Below, piece after piece: positions 47,701 to 60,372 of a DNA stretch of 64,000 nt; positions within the stretch are counted from its first letter, which is position 1, and each line of letters starts with the position of its first letter. The stretch is from contig NC_135893.1 of the NCBI RefSeq assembly GCF_964194155.1, positions 20,088,001-20,152,000 on the forward strand, given 5' to 3'. The notes under the pieces are model-generated. The model was given only the letters and a program-made list of their open reading frames with translations. It did not search any database and was not told where the DNA came from. This stretch comes from Cetorhinus maximus. Taxonomy: Eukaryota. The translations under genes were made by a program, and so were the position numbers.

Positions 47701-50700
47701 GCCAGCTGCTCTTCGCTGGGCAGTGCCCTGACAGTGCCCTGACATAATCCTTCCTTGAGAGTTAATTCCAATATTGCTTCTAGTGACAATGTTGGTTCAA
47801 ATTCATGTGTCACACTTCAAAATTACAACCTGTAGCTTCTAATCAATAAATTCTGTAGAAAAGATTAAATATTTGTCTTCATACTTTGTATGCTGAGTTC
47901 CTTAGGATGCTGCAGGTGCCAGGTGTATTAGGCTTCAATAGCGATAATGTAAAAGTTTACATTTACCTTGACACACTACCTGAATCCCAGAAACTTCTGT
48001 AACATATGGAGGACTGGTCACTTTGAGCCACCTCCATGTAAACAGCATAATCCCCCACCTCTACCCAAACAGTGTGACTCCACTGCCACCCAAACAGCTT
48101 GGCCCCACCCTCCACCCAAGCAGCATGATGCCCACCCTCAACCCGAACAGAGTGATTCCACCTCTGCCCGAACAGAGTGATTCCACCTCTGCCTGAATAG
48201 AGTGACACTCAAATTCACCCCACTTTACAGCAATTCCTATAACTTGGCTTTGTGGCACTAATAACAAGTGAGAAAGCAAAACATAGCCCCTTTAAGGACT
48301 AGCAGTATCCTTTGAACAACAACTGCTTGGATAGGTTCCCCTCCACACCCCTTCCCCACCACTCCCAGCCAGGTATCAGCTATCTATACACCCTACACAC
48401 ATTGTTCCTGCGCAGAGAGCCTGTTAAAATGAAGTGGGAAAACTGAGTTTTACATCCTTTGCTATTCAATGTCCCTTTAAATTAAGTCAGTGATTTTAGC
48501 AGAAAATGCATTCGCTGTTGGAGATTAATTTTATAGGATCTAACTGACCAATCCATGTTACCCGCACAGGGCATGAAAAACACATGGCATCAAAAGTGCA
48601 TCAAAAGAGAAGGCTGTCTCCCTTTCACTATTATCCTGTAACATATTGAGAGGGCTTTGAGTTTATAAAGAAGTTGTCAATCTGGATAATCTATTGGTGC
48701 TCTCAATACATTTCCAAAAGCCATTGCAGGGCAACTTCTTGCTTCAATCACTTGCTGGTAATTTCTAGACAATTGAAAAATTTGGAGTCAAATTGTTTTG
48801 CCAAGAATGATCTGCACAGCGTATTCAGAAAGCCAGTTACAAACAGACCTTTACACACTGGCTTATCAACAAAGCTTATCAAACAGCTGGATGTTCTGTG
48901 ACCAGGAGCTTCCAGCTCTGAAGGCCTGGGATAACTGTACTGGAAATACCATATTTCTTCGAATAACAGAGTCAAGTAAATGCAGGTCACAGAAAATAAA
49001 ATCTTTCCACATCATCTCAGCTGACATTTCTTCAAGTCTCTCACTGTCAGGTGCGCCAAATTAGAGTCAATAATTGGGAGTCTGTTTTGGGTTTTGCATT
49101 TACACCATAGGGGTCAAGCCATCTGAACACCCAAATGCAGTTGTATTTCAAAAACAAGTGTCAGAGCGATGCAACCGCCCTTATAAAACCAGATTATTAA
49201 CATAATGAACAAAGAAGTGAGGCTTAGGTCAAATCACAGTGAGAACATTCTTCATTTTAATTTGTGTCTTTTTCTCTCATCGGTTTTCTCCCATTTTTCT
49301 GATCTCCCTGCTGCTGGTGAGGACAGGTTTTCCATTGTCCTTACATCAAACTATCAGGTTTGTGGTTAACACCTTACACCCTGCATGCGACCGCAGTGCA
49401 TCAGTCCGTCAATATCCCACACCAACAGCTGAACATTACTTTTACTTTAAAATGCATTTATTCACATCCCAGATGCAGAATATCCATTAACAACCCTGGG
49501 CAGGGATGGGAGGTGTGCATTTCGTCATTAGAGTAGAAAAGCAGAATATTTTTTAAAAGGTGTGAATCTTGTAAGTGTTGATGTGCAAAGAGACTCGAGT
49601 GTGCTTGTACAAGAAACGCAGAAAGTTAGCATGCAGTTGCAGCAAGCAATTAGGAAGTCAAATGACATGTTGGCTTTTATTACAAAGGGATTGAAGTACA
49701 AAAATAAAGAGGTCTTGCTACAATTGTACAGAATTTTAGTGAGACCGCATCTGGAGTACTGTGTGCAACTTTGGTCTCCACATTTAAGAAAGGTTACACT
49801 TGCACTGGAGTGCAGTGAAAGTTAACTAAATTGGTCCCTGGGTTGAGGGTCCCATGATGAGAGGCTGAGTAAATTGGGTTTATATTCTCCAGAGTTTAGA
49901 AGAATGAGAGATCATCAAACTTAAACCTACAAAATTCTGGAGGGGCTTGACAGGGTGGACATAGAGAAAGATGTGAAGAGACACCAGAAACAAGTGTTAC
50001 ATGGAAAGAGAAAAAGGCAGAAGCAAAGGGACACCTCACATTTAAATGTAGGAAAACGTCCTAACATATAAGGGGGAAAAAAAAGAGGCCAGTAAGCCAA
50101 AAAAGAAGAGATTAGGAGGAATGACCAAAAACTTGATCAAAGATATGGGTTCAAGGAGGACCTTAAAGAGGGAGAGGAAGGTAGAGAGACAAAGTGGTTT
50201 AGGAGAGGAAATTCCAATCAAAGCACAACCACCATAGGTAGAGCAGAGAGGGGATGTACAAAAGGTAAGAGTCAGAGGAGCAAAGTTTTGGGAGAAGTTA
50301 CTGAGTTGGAGGAGGCTTCAGAGAGAGAGGGGAAAGGCCACAAGTGGATTTAAACATAATTATGCAATTTTCAAATTGAAATGTTGAGGAAGACAATGAA
50401 GGCACGATCTAGGAAGACAGGGGTGATGGCTGAATGGGACTTTCTGTGGGATAAGATATGGGCAACAGAGTTTTGGATAAGCTGAAGTTCATGGAAGGTG
50501 GAACATGCATAGGCTGAGCAATTAGAACATGACAAGTTAGAAACCTTGTAAAATAATCAAATTTTGGTAAATAATCAGAAACCAGCTGCTGGATTTATTG
50601 TTCTTGATATAATTTTAATTTACTGTTGAATAAATCTAAATAAAAATGACAAATCCTAGGGCTATTACTGGTATAATTTGATTTTCTATAATCATATCTG

Positions 50701-51303
50701 ATTATTTTAGTTTAAAATATTACATTTTATAGAATAACTTTGTCTGGTTAGTGCCAATGCTGGGGCATTTTCTCTAATTGTGAAAAATATTTAAAATGTT
50801 TTTCACTAAAGTCTCCAAAGGTCCTTCTTACCCTTATTGTGTCGGGCTCTTTCTCTCCTATTTGGCTTCTTATGGTCTCTGTTGTGCCTTTTTCCTTTAT
50901 TTGCAGCCTCTCCTGTTGGGTAATTTTCTGGTTCGCGAGGATAAAATTGGCTGTTCTGGTCCATAACTCTCTCCTGCTGCATTGCTGCTGTTCTTTCCAG
51001 GCTGTCTGTCTCCACTCGCACTGGAGTCAGACTCTCCAATCCCACACTGTCCTCATCTGGTCTGTCTGCCTCCAGTACTCTGGTTACCATGGTGTTGGCC
51101 TTGTCTTTCCTCTGTACGCCATGTTTGCGGCCTGGCCTGGGAGGTTCTGGCCAGGACTCGTGTCTCTTCAGATCATTGTTGCCGTCTGGTGGCTGCAGTG
51201 TGCTCTTCTTTCCTCTGGTTCCAGCTTCCAGAGCACAGACATGACTTAGACCATCAAAAGCCAAGAGGAGGAGGAAAGGAGATGTGACATACCAGTGAGC
51301 CAT
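38678..51303 (-). CDS. DRAXIN: Draxin (dorsal inhibitory axon guidance protein), spliced CDS join(51303-50832,45759-45581,44463-44352,43025-42936,39302-39213,38790-38678), about 351 aa
   Basis: All six exons have AG/GT boundaries with compatible phases (total 1056 nt, ending TGA). The protein has an N-terminal hydrophobic signal peptide, the [18 protein letters not shown] motif, and the C-terminal Cys-rich domain [64 protein letters not shown]. An alternative in-frame ATG lies at 51312. Confidence 0.97.
39213..39302 (-). CDS. DRAXIN: DRAXIN coding exon 5 (90 bp, Cys-rich)
   Basis: ttcccacag|(G)[30 protein letters not shown]|gtggg. Confidence 0.97.
39490..40285 (+). mobile_element. L2-type LINE 3' end
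   Basis: aagacggaagccattgtctttgg; tctagacttgactattcc; ctccttaaaaccaacctcttt; tail gccatataaatgca. Confidence 0.75.
41260..41950 (-). mobile_element. Deu SINE interrupted by a hAT MITE
   Basis: The SINE sequence is continuous across the 41340-41632 insertion. Confidence 0.75.
41340..41632. mobile_element. Non-autonomous hAT (Blackjack-like) DNA transposon, 293 bp
   Basis: TIRs CAGGGT-ACCCAAT...ATATGGTCACCCTG; 8-bp TSD gtcactgt (41332-41339) / gtcattgt (41633-41640); subterminal ataagggac/gtcc motifs. Confidence 0.8.
42000..42485 (+). mobile_element. Deu-domain SINE, near full length
   Basis: ctgagtcagaagg..ggattcgagaccc head; cacattgctgttt..gctgtgcacagattggctgcc..tgtgaagcactttgagacgtcc..tataaatgcaagtc. 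Confidence 0.8.
42936..43025 (-). CDS. DRAXIN: DRAXIN coding exon 4 (90 bp)
   Basis: ccttgtag|(D)[30 protein letters not shown]|gtaacc. Confidence 0.96.
43130..44190 (+). mobile_element. CR1 fragment with a second CR1 3' end nested at about 43510-43945
   Basis: [23 protein letters not shown]...WNSLPERVV peptide; the equivalent region recurs at 43960-44190 after a complete 3' tail. Confidence 0.82.
44352..44463 (-). CDS. DRAXIN: DRAXIN coding exon 3 (Netrin-1-binding peptide); absent from the ORF track
   Basis: tgtag|[38 protein letters not shown]|gtaatg. Confidence 0.96.
45581..45759 (-). CDS. DRAXIN: DRAXIN coding exon 2 (Ser/Thr-rich linker)
   Basis: ttccctgcag|GG AAA GTG CCG...CAA CAG|gtaaac; phase 1 in and phase 0 out match the neighbouring exons. 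Confidence 0.9.
45830..46110 (+). repeat. Degenerate minisatellite (about 20-bp gggacctgctgggtgacag-like unit)
   Basis: Recurrent gacctgctg/gacctctgggt motifs. Confidence 0.55.
47420..47740 (-). mobile_element. Deu-domain SINE
   Basis: aaagacttgcat..ggacatcccaacgtgctttacag..caatttgcatac..gatcccatggacagcaatgagat. Confidence 0.75.
48045..48210 (+). repeat. About 24-bp tandem repeat (ccacctctgcccgaacagagtgatt), roughly 7 degenerate copies
   Basis: Visible repeat units. Confidence 0.75.
49520..49965 (+). mobile_element. CR1 fragment
   Basis: [24 protein letters not shown] peptide. Confidence 0.85.
50832..51303 (-). CDS. DRAXIN: DRAXIN coding exon 1 (signal peptide and basic region)
   Basis: Acceptor ttcttcttcag| before 51321; [24 protein letters not shown]...RERARHNK; donor G|gtaag at 50831. 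Confidence 0.92.
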
Positions 51304-52689
51304 TTCCTTCATACAATTAATCTGAAGAAGAAACATGTGAGGTGAGTCAGAGAGTTTGGTTTCAACTGTTGATAAAGTGTTCTGTGCTGTACAACATTCA
51401 GTGACAGATTAACTACCATTGTACTTTCTATGATTAGTGTGTGCCAAGATCAATTAAAACTTCTCCAATAGTTCAGATGGTAAAGGCTATGCATAACTAG
51501 CCAGTTGTAGGATAGGGTTTGGGATTCAATTGCTGGACTATTTAGATTCAGCCTACATCAGTCAAAATTGTTGTTGGAGCATTCCAATTTGTCTCAGTGT
51601 CCCTGCACTACAATAAGGGTGAAGAGGGGGAAATTTAATTAGATTGTTGTGCAATGACCCCTGATGGATCCCATACCTCAGCAACAGGTGGTGTCTTCAG
51701 GAAAATAATGGGACTAAGGAAAGAAATTGACAAAATGACTAGCAAATCCTTAACTTCTGCTGTTATCGTGCTCATGTCATAGTCTGTGATATTTACGGGC
51801 TATCCTAATCTGCTCAGTCAGCTGTGTCTCAGTGAAGGCGACAGTGAGCATCACTCACATTTCCTTTTCCATTTCATCTAGAATTTCCTCCAGTCCAAAG
51901 AACAAAAAATCAAAGTTGATATAATATCAAGGTGTTTTTCTTTTGCCAAGTCCAACCCTGTACAGGGCTGGGACAGAAACTGAGTGAGAACTATAGAATA
52001 GTACAGGACAGAATGAGACTATTCTGCCCATGGGTTCTGCACCAGCTCTTTCAAAGTGTGATGATAGAATTGGAAAGGAACAAGAGGTGGGTTTAGGCTC
52101 TAAGTTCAAGTTTGCTGATGCTGAAATTTCACTGAAAACCTCAGTCACTAAATAATGTTTCCACGCCAGTAGACACAAGTGGTAAAAACTTAATTTTCCT
52201 TTTTCTTTGTTAACATATCCGTAATACAGTGTTGGTCTTGTGCCTGCTTCCACACCCCAATAGTGACACAAATTCCTCTACATTTCAGCCTCTCCATAAA
52301 TTATTCTGTCGTGACTTTTTCTCTCTTCCACTTCTCCCCCTTTACTGTGCATTATCAGGTCTCCCACCTGTGGCCAGATTTCAAATCTCTGCAATGGCAC
52401 TATCACTAACCTGTCAGGAGATATGTGTAGTTTCAAATCTGTAGCAGAATTAAAAGCCTTTTTCTTAGTACCTCTTCCCTGTATCAGAAACCTACATGGG
52501 GCATAATGTAGTAACTTTGAAATCATCACGTCCCCTTCTAAAACACATCATCTTGAGTGTTCCTGTGTTTCATGCATTACAATAGCAACTACAATACAGT
52601 TAAAAGTATTAAATTAACTGTGAAGCACATTGGGACATTCTGAGATTGTATATACATGCCAATTCTTTATTTTCATTTTTATTGTGGCA

Positions 52690-53435
52690 GTAAGTGGGCT
52701 TTTTTTATTGTCGGCGTTGTTAGCAAGGAGAGCATTTATTGCCCATCCCTAATAGTCCTTGAACATAAGAATACAGGAAATAGGAGCAAGAGCAAGCCAT
52801 TTGGCTCCTCAAGCCTACTGCACCACTCAATAAGATCATGGCTGATCTGATTTGTGGCCTTTCCTCCACTTTTCTGTCTGACTCTTGTAACCCTTGACTC
52901 CCTTCTAGATCAAAAAGCTGTCTAACTCAGCCTTGAATGTATTCAATGACCAAGGTGGTGGAGAGCCATCTTCATGAACCATGTAGTTTGTACAGTGTAG
53001 GTACAGCCACAGTGCTGTTGGGTAGGGAGTTTCAGGATTTTTACCCAGCAATATATTTTCAAGTCAAGATGATGTGTGGCTTGGAGGGGAACTTGCAGGT
53101 GATGGTGTTCCCATGTACCTGTTTTCCTGGTCCTTCTAGGTGGTAGAGGTTGTAGGTAAGAGAGGTGTTGTCAAAAAAGTGTTGGAAAGTTGCTGCATCA
53201 CATCTTGTGGATAGTACACTATGCAATCACATTTTGCTGGTGGTGGAGGGAGTGAATTTTTAAGGGGATGGGTGGGTGCCAATCAAACGAGGTGCTTTGA
53301 CCTGGATAGTGTTGCATTCCTTAAGTGTTGTTGGATTCAACCAGGCAAGTGGAGAGTATTCCATCACACTCCTGATTCATGCCTTGTAGGTGGTGGAAAG
53401 GTTTTTGGGGAGTCAGGGGGTTGGAGGAGTACTGC
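52690..53435 (-). mobile_element. LINE 3' end interrupted by a CR1 3' tail (about 52760-52950)
   Basis: gcatttattgcccatccctaat..ccttga|CR1 tail|aaggtggtgg..gccatcttc; same family as 29223-29665. Confidence 0.75.
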
Positions 53436-54526
53436 AATGAATGATTCAGTATTTTTTTATAACCACGTGATTTACAGTAGTTAGCGATCCAGGGTTAGGG
53501 AGAGGAAAACGAGACAGGAAATCTGGCCCTAAACACCATCCAGTTCCTCCTCCTGGAAAATGCACGTTGTGTGCAAAGTATGCAAAGGCTTTTTGGTCAC
53601 TGGTGATCCCATTATGGTGAATTTGGTGCCTACACAATGTCTGGGCGAACAACTTGGTCGGCTCATGCACCCATGGAACTGTACCCCAGCAAGAAAGGCA
53701 CCTTCAGGGGACCGTCGGGGTCGACAGAGGGGAAAAAAGGAAAAAGGTCAATGTGACTAACGAACCATAAGACTGGACTTTGCAAAAAGACACCACACAA
53801 TAATAATGCAACATTGTACTATAGCTTTAATAGTCGCACATTTAGCTATTTAAAAGGCTGAGGAAATGATAGCTTGGAAAGGACAATTATATTCCGCAGG
53901 AGTTATTCAGATTTACATCTTTATTCCTGAACGGGTATCTCACCGGCCCCAGGGGTAATGTTAATTATCTGCAGCTCCCCATGGAGACACTCTCTCTCAT
54001 CTCCCATCTGCTCTAACACCAAACATCACTTAAGCTTCAAGATAAATTTGCAACATCTCCAGTAAGTACCCCCCACCCCCGCACCCAGAATTCCAGTTCT
54101 TCGGCATCACTTGCGTAAATCGGCCACTTGCACTGAACACCTTGGCTACAGACCGAAGCTACTAACTGTCAGGAATGTCCTCGGTGTCAGATTCACAAAG
54201 CATTGTTTCCAATTCATACTAAACGTGCACCACCTCCACTTCTATCCCCGGGGTTAAATGTTCAAAGCAGTGCCGGAGTCCAGCCACCATACAGACCGTT
54301 CAATACCCCTAGTGTCCAGTACAGACACAAAAGGAGCACCAGGGTTCAAACAGTGCACGAACTTCTGCTTCTACACTGCTGGATATAAAATCCCTATAGC
54401 ACCTAGCACAAGCTTGGAGCATACCTTTTCCAATCTGAACAAGCTACTGCCAACCAAATACAGAAATGTAATAGGAGGATCTTTTATGCACGCCTAGCAA
54501 CACAATACATTTTCATTGCTCCTCAC

Positions 54527-54750
54527 CTCGTGCGATACTCAACACACCTTGGACTCCTTTTCAGTTTGACAGAAAACAATGTATACACAAATTGGGTTCC
54601 TACCCATCGACTCGAGAGAAACAGAGAGGTGCAGACACAGACACACACCGACAGCCAGACACATAGACTGACAGACACACAGACCGACAGACAGACACAC
54701 ACAGACTTTAATTCCGACAACCACCTGCTATTGTCTCTGCTCTAGTAAAC
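54527..54750 (-). other. DRAXIN: Probable DRAXIN 5' non-coding exon 1, containing a (TG/TC)-rich microsatellite-like tract
   Basis: Consensus donor GAG|gtgagg at 54526; minus-strand TATAAA at 54779-54784 about 30 nt upstream of the inferred start; coding exon 1 starts with an acceptor, so an upstream exon is required. Confidence 0.6.
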
Positions 54751-54769
54751 ACAAACATTATGAAAATCC

Positions 54770-55100
54770 TACAAGTCATTTATAGATGGGCTGCAGGTGA
54801 ATAGACAGTACTCGCCCTGAATAACGTTTAAAAAGGGTGTATTTTTGGGTTTCAGCATCATCGCCGGTCAGGACACTTCCTACCTGTCTGTCTCCGGGGG
54901 ACGGGGCACATAGAGCGACCGCTTTCCACAATCTGATAGAACCGAAAGATTCAAAATCCCAGAGACTGGGACAGAGCTGAGCATCCGCGCTCCCGGGGCG
55001 CGCTCCCGACAATGATGTCAGCGACAGACGGGGGCGGGCGCAACCCGAAAGAATAAAGAAATGCAACCAGAGAAAGAGAAGAACAAATACTATATAAAAA
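54770..55100 (-). promoter_or_regulatory. DRAXIN promoter: TATA box and small CpG-rich island with GC box
   Basis: TATAAA (minus) at 54779-54784; CpG-rich 54860-55050 including ggggcgggcg near 55031-55040. Confidence 0.6.
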
Positions 55101-56075
55101 CTAGACACAGGGGGTCATGCCCACATAATGAGATATTTTCCTGAACGGAGTTGCTGAGGAGGTGAATGGATGGAGACAAGTGGATGTTGGGGTACATGTC
55201 CTGCTAGCTAAACCGAGGCCACTGGATATAGACGTAGATAGAAAACTGGGTATGAATATAGGAGGCAAAAGATCATTCTCAGATTGGTGGTTGTCACAAG
55301 TGGTAGCTCCCAGGTAACCGTGTGAGAAATGTATGCCTGGCGTGTTTCGAGAATAAAGAGGAGTATGTCCAAGAATCTAACCTGAGGAAAGAGTGGTGGA
55401 AGGTAGAATAGAGGTTGATAGATTAGGAATTAGCAAAGCGTAGCAGATGGAGTTTTAGAATGTGAGAGAACGTACACGTACTAACATGGGAATAAGAGTA
55501 CAGTCTAAACAGGAAATTATTGGGAATAGATGAAATTAGGAATTCTGGAGCCTAGGTACTCAAGTTAATAAAAGCTAACTAGTATATACAAAAAAAATGA
55601 TCGAAAAGGTTCGTGAGATTTGGCTTTAAGCAGGAGGCATAGGCTATAAAAACAAGAAAACACCATAGCAATTGAGTTATGGTGAGTGACTAGGGACATT
55701 TGGATTATAGTCTTTGAGGATGAGGAGATTGAAGGATCATCTGAGTCAATGTTTAAAATAACGAAGGAACAAATTTATAGATAGGAATGATTTTTCCTTC
55801 CAGTAAGGGAGTTCAGAATAGGGAGATGCAATCTTAAAATTCAAGCTAAGCAGTAAAAAAAATCCGAGGAAAAATGCTTTCATTCAAAAAAGAATACAGA
55901 GAATACTGACCAGAAGTCATAGGTACAATTACGATGTTTAATCAGGGACTAGGGATCTGGGAAGTAAAGTTCTGAAAGGACCAGAAGAAAAGACGGAAAT
56001 TGGATTTAAAGGATCGAACTGACGTGGTTATCAAATGAAAGGGTGGACTCCAATTCTAATGTTCGTTCTTATGAT
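55100..56075 (+). mobile_element. Very degenerate CR1 immediately upstream of the DRAXIN promoter
   Basis: Remnants gtcacaagtggtagctccccagg (VTSGVPQG-like), agatggagtttta (WQMEFN-like), tatagtctttgaggatgaggagattgaagg. Confidence 0.55.
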
Positions 56076-56274
56076 ATAGAAAGTGAGCATAAAATACATT
56101 GCAGGAATGAAAATTGAATACAGAAATGGGAAGACATTAGCCATCCCTCAACCTAAGGAGGGTCAGGAATTGTGAGTGGCATCAGATTAATCCAGGGCAT
56201 TTACAACCATGGAAACACATAACAGATAATAGTGAGATCCTAATTGTGTTTCTATTGATACAAAACAAAAATAC

Positions 56275-57210
56275 ATAGAATGTGCAGCACCAAAATAGGC
56301 CATTAGGCCCAAAAGTTCCATGCTGGTGTTTATGGTCCACACAGGCCTCCCCTCTTCATGTCACCCTATCAGCATATATTCCCCCCTCCCTGGGGTGTTT
56401 TGCTAGCTTGCCCTGAAATGCATCTATCTCATTCACTTCACTAGTAAAATTCTTATCACTCTCTGGATAAACAAGTTTCTTCTGAATTCCCAATTGGGCT
56501 CATTAGTGACTATCTGATATTAATGATCCCTGGTTTTGGTCTCCCCCACAAGTGGGCTATCTATGTTAACCCTATCAATTCCTTTCCTAATCTTAAAGAT
56601 TTCTAGGAACACAGGAAAACACTATTTTCTGTTTTGCAACATTCTGCAAATCATAGAACAAGATATCACAAAAGGAGACCGTTCAGCCCACTGTGTCTGT
56701 ATTGGTTCTTTGGTAGAGCTATTCAATTAGTCCCACTCCCCTGCTCTTTCCCCCCCACCCAAACTGGGTAATTTTTTTCCCCCACAGGTATTTATCTAAT
56801 TCCCTTTTGAATATTGCTTCTGAATCTGCTTCCATCATCCTTTCATATCACAATAACTTGCTGTGTAAAAAAATGTTTCCTCATAAGAACTAGGAGCAGG
56901 CAATTCAGCCCCTCGAGCCTGCCGCGCCATTCAATACGATCATGGTTGATCTCATTTCGGCCTCAACTCCAATTTCCCACCCTCTCCCCATAACCTTTCA
57001 ACCCGTTACTAATTAAAAATCTGTCTATCTCCTCCTTAAATTTATTCAGTGTCCCGGCATCCACTGCACTCTGAGGTAGTGAACTCCACAGATTCACAAC
57101 CCTTTGAGAAAAGTAATTCCTCCTCATCTGATTTAAATCTACCACCCCTTAGCCTAAAACTATGGCCTCTCATTCTAGAATGCCCCACAAGGGGAAACAT
57201 CCGCTCCACA
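56275..57210 (-). mobile_element. Stack of at least three CR1 3'-end fragments
   Basis: Repeated tail starts at about 56275, 56650 and 56885; RVVNLWSSLPQSAV peptide. Confidence 0.75.
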
Positions 57211-58187
57211 TGCCAGCTCTGTTTTTTTTTTGCCAATCATTTTAAATTTATGTGCCTGCAAATAATAATCTTGCTGACTATTCAGTTAAGAGTTGAAAAC
57301 AGAGATTGGCAATTTGATTAGTTGTGATTGAGAGTCTGGGCATTCCCAATAATGCAATGTTTCTGTTACTGGTGTTTAAAGACAGTGGTAATGACAGATT
57401 AACAGGTAATACACATATATTGACAGAAAGCAATTTTGCCAAAGCAAAGATTTTCCCTAAAAATTTTGTATTTTTATTTTGGTTCTAAATAACTAATGTA
57501 TTATCATTTGAACAATGTCAAAAATAAAATAGTTGGAATATTTTAATCAATTATGGTAGCATTCAGCTGTACAGTTGGGAGGAGCTCTTAGCAACGTAGC
57601 AATGGTTAAGTCACAGCAAGGTAGTTATATTGCAAAGAATGTAGATTAACTAAAAGGCAATGAAATTATCTGTGACAATTGTTATTACAATGTGGACACC
57701 GCCTAATATGACACAGTCACTGCAGGGGTGATCTACCTTTGATGTATGAAATTAATTGGGAACTCAGAAAACAATGCATAATCTCACTCCTCACATAGGA
57801 GCATATTGCATAGCCCAATATTGTATTGTGTTTAGGCTGTAAAACTATTTCTAAATTCTGTACACTTTGAACATAAGATGGTAAGAAAATAGAGAAATTT
57901 AATTAAACTGAATATTTTAGTCTTGCCTGACTCAACACCGCCCAAGGACTGAACCTGGGGCATTCCTAAATGGTGGAGCTTATTTGTGCCTACAAATATG
58001 GGGACTATTATGGACTGCTGTTGGTATTTAATATTACACTCAATTCTCACTGTAAAAGCCTCTATGCACAACTTTCTGTGATGTATTGGGATATGAAGTC
58101 GTTTGATATCTAATTGGGAGAAACCTATTTCTGCTCACAACCTTTTTCTGCTGTTTTGAGGAGAGAGGTCAAATGAAGGAGAGTTTG

Positions 58188-60372
58188 TGTAGTGTAATAG
58201 GTTTATAGGATAGTTATGCTAATGTAGACCATTATGTATCAGTGACATCAGCAGTCATGTGCTCGACTCTCTCTTTCCCAAGAGAGAGAATGGAACACTC
58301 TGTACTGAGGAGAGACATATCCACTCTGTAACCTATCTTATATATAGTGTTAACAAACAATTTAAAGCAAATTCCAGAGTAAGACTACAGTCTCTCTTGA
58401 TAGGATGGGTCACGCATATTAGAAGCCAGCAAACATGCCACGAGTATATGAGACATGGAGCTGGCATTAACATACTGGCTGATCATCTGGACTGGCTTCA
58501 CCCAATACCTGTTCACCCATCAAAATATCAAACTGCAAGGTCCAGGTGGCACAAACCTTCCAATATAAGGCAGGCTAATTGCTCCTCTTCATTGCAAGAG
58601 GCGATAGCTCGTTGATTTTCTTTGTTGTTCACAATCAACGCATATCCTTATGGAGTGGAGATGTTGGCATACTACTAGGAATTCTGGATTAAATGGACGA
58701 TGACCTGCATTTGGACAATTTAATGCCTTTCATGGAACAAACTTCAAAGTTTTATGTAGAACCAGTGGATTTTCAGTTGATAACAACTGAGAAGGTTTAT
58801 TCAGTAAACAGTGAATTCCTTTCCATTACAGACACCATCCTCTAGACCCTGGGCGGATATTGAGGTTGTGGATCCCTTAGTTCTTAATGAAGCTAGGCCA
58901 GAGGTAGCAGATGCAGAGGCCACTGCAACAGACAGTGGCCATCTGAAAGAAGGCCTTTTGGACCCGAGTTGGCTTTTTTCCTGAAGAAGGTAATGAGGAA
59001 GAGGCCATTGTAGCACCAAGTGATCTGTTAGAGGGTGAGGTCCTAGAGGTTGGTACCTTATTCCAATCAACAGCTGAAACATATGAAGTCACTGTTGTTT
59101 TTTGCTGTGTTTCTTGTGACTGAGCCACATTCAGATCTTTATTCCACTGAACCTACCAATGCAATGCCTAGTTACCATGAAGAGTTTTCAGGGAGAACAA
59201 TATGCTTGATTCCATGCTTGAGTCCATAGAGGTTGACACTGCCAGAGTTGGTAGCACCTGTTTCCATGGATGAAAGTAAATTAACACCCATACTTAAGTC
59301 CCAGCTGAAAATCTTCCTTCTACTAGAGTTGTCCTTCAGAGCAGAGATGAGGCAGAATCTTCAGAACTTCTACAGCTTCAGCATCCTGTACAGGAAATTA
59401 GTCTACAAAAATTTGTCTTCATTTCATCTTAGTGATTCATCCTATTGTGGAAAATGGTGCTGCCTTATCTTTATTTTCTTAACCTCAACAATTCTTCCCA
59501 TTGCCTGTGGTGGAGTAGCATCACACAGAGGAAAATGTGTGAATGTTATCACTGCCTACAGAAAGAGAACGTCCTTTCCAAAATGTCATCATGAAGCCAT
59601 CTCTTCTTCGTTTCCTGCAAGCCTGCGGGAGTTTGTTGTTGTTCTTCTCGTCGTCCAGATTTGATAGAGTGTCAAATCGTCATACCTTTTTTGTCTTTGA
59701 TTCAGCAGTGAATGATATGGCTGTGACAGTCGTCATTGGAGTTGAAGATCCTGGTCTTCTAAGGCCTTTCCCCAGTGTGCTTTGAGGGATCAGAATATTC
59801 CTGACAGAGTCCTAGTTTCTTTTCTTCTAGTTCGAGAGAACTCAAATGTTGATGCTCTCTTTGGTCTTATCTCTTGGGTCAGTCTTTCTTTGGCAAGGAT
59901 CTACGATCCTTATAATTCAACAGTCCTGAAATCTACTCTGATTACCAGCAAACCTGCAAAGCTGTTGTCCCATTTCACTCATGATGATGTCCTCCAAGGA
60001 AAAGAGGAACACCTGCATGTCGCCAAGATGTCTTCCCAAAGAGTCAAAAACATTGTGGGAGATTGAATCCCTCATAATAGTGACTTGGTGGGCTGGTGGT
60101 GGGTGAAGAGCATAAATAAGAGTTGGGTAGAACCTGTAGCAAGGAAAGAGAGTTACAGGAATACAATGTAAATAGTTAAAACATCATTTCATATTGTTGT
60201 TAAGAAGCTGATAAAATACTTGGGGGGGAGGTATGGTGTAATGGGTAAATAGAAGTTATGCTAATGAGTGATGTAGACCATGATGTATCAGTGACAGCAG
60301 CAGTCATGTGCTAGACTCTCTCTCAAGAGAGGATGGAACACTCTGTACTCGAGAGACATACCTATCTTATAT
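58188..60372 (+). mobile_element. Compact non-autonomous Gypsy-type LTR retroelement
   Basis: 5' LTR 58188-58435 (TG...CA) then PBS-like TGCCACGAG; gag-N-terminus-like remnant AFGQFNAF...FYVE near 58707-58773; PPT GGGGGGGAGG 60222-60231; 3' LTR from 60232 repeats gttatgctaatg..tgtagacc..tgtatcagtgac..cagcagtcatgtgct.gactctctct..tggaacactctgtact. Confidence 0.85.

Noticed and set aside
48045-48210. Regularly spaced short repeats resembling a CRISPR array
   Set aside because: Contiguous tandem units without unique spacers, no cas genes, vertebrate context
55089-55100. Plus-strand TATATAAA as a divergent (MAD2L2) promoter
   Set aside because: Followed directly by a decayed CR1, with no plus-strand exon or MAD2L2 coding sequence visible in the window
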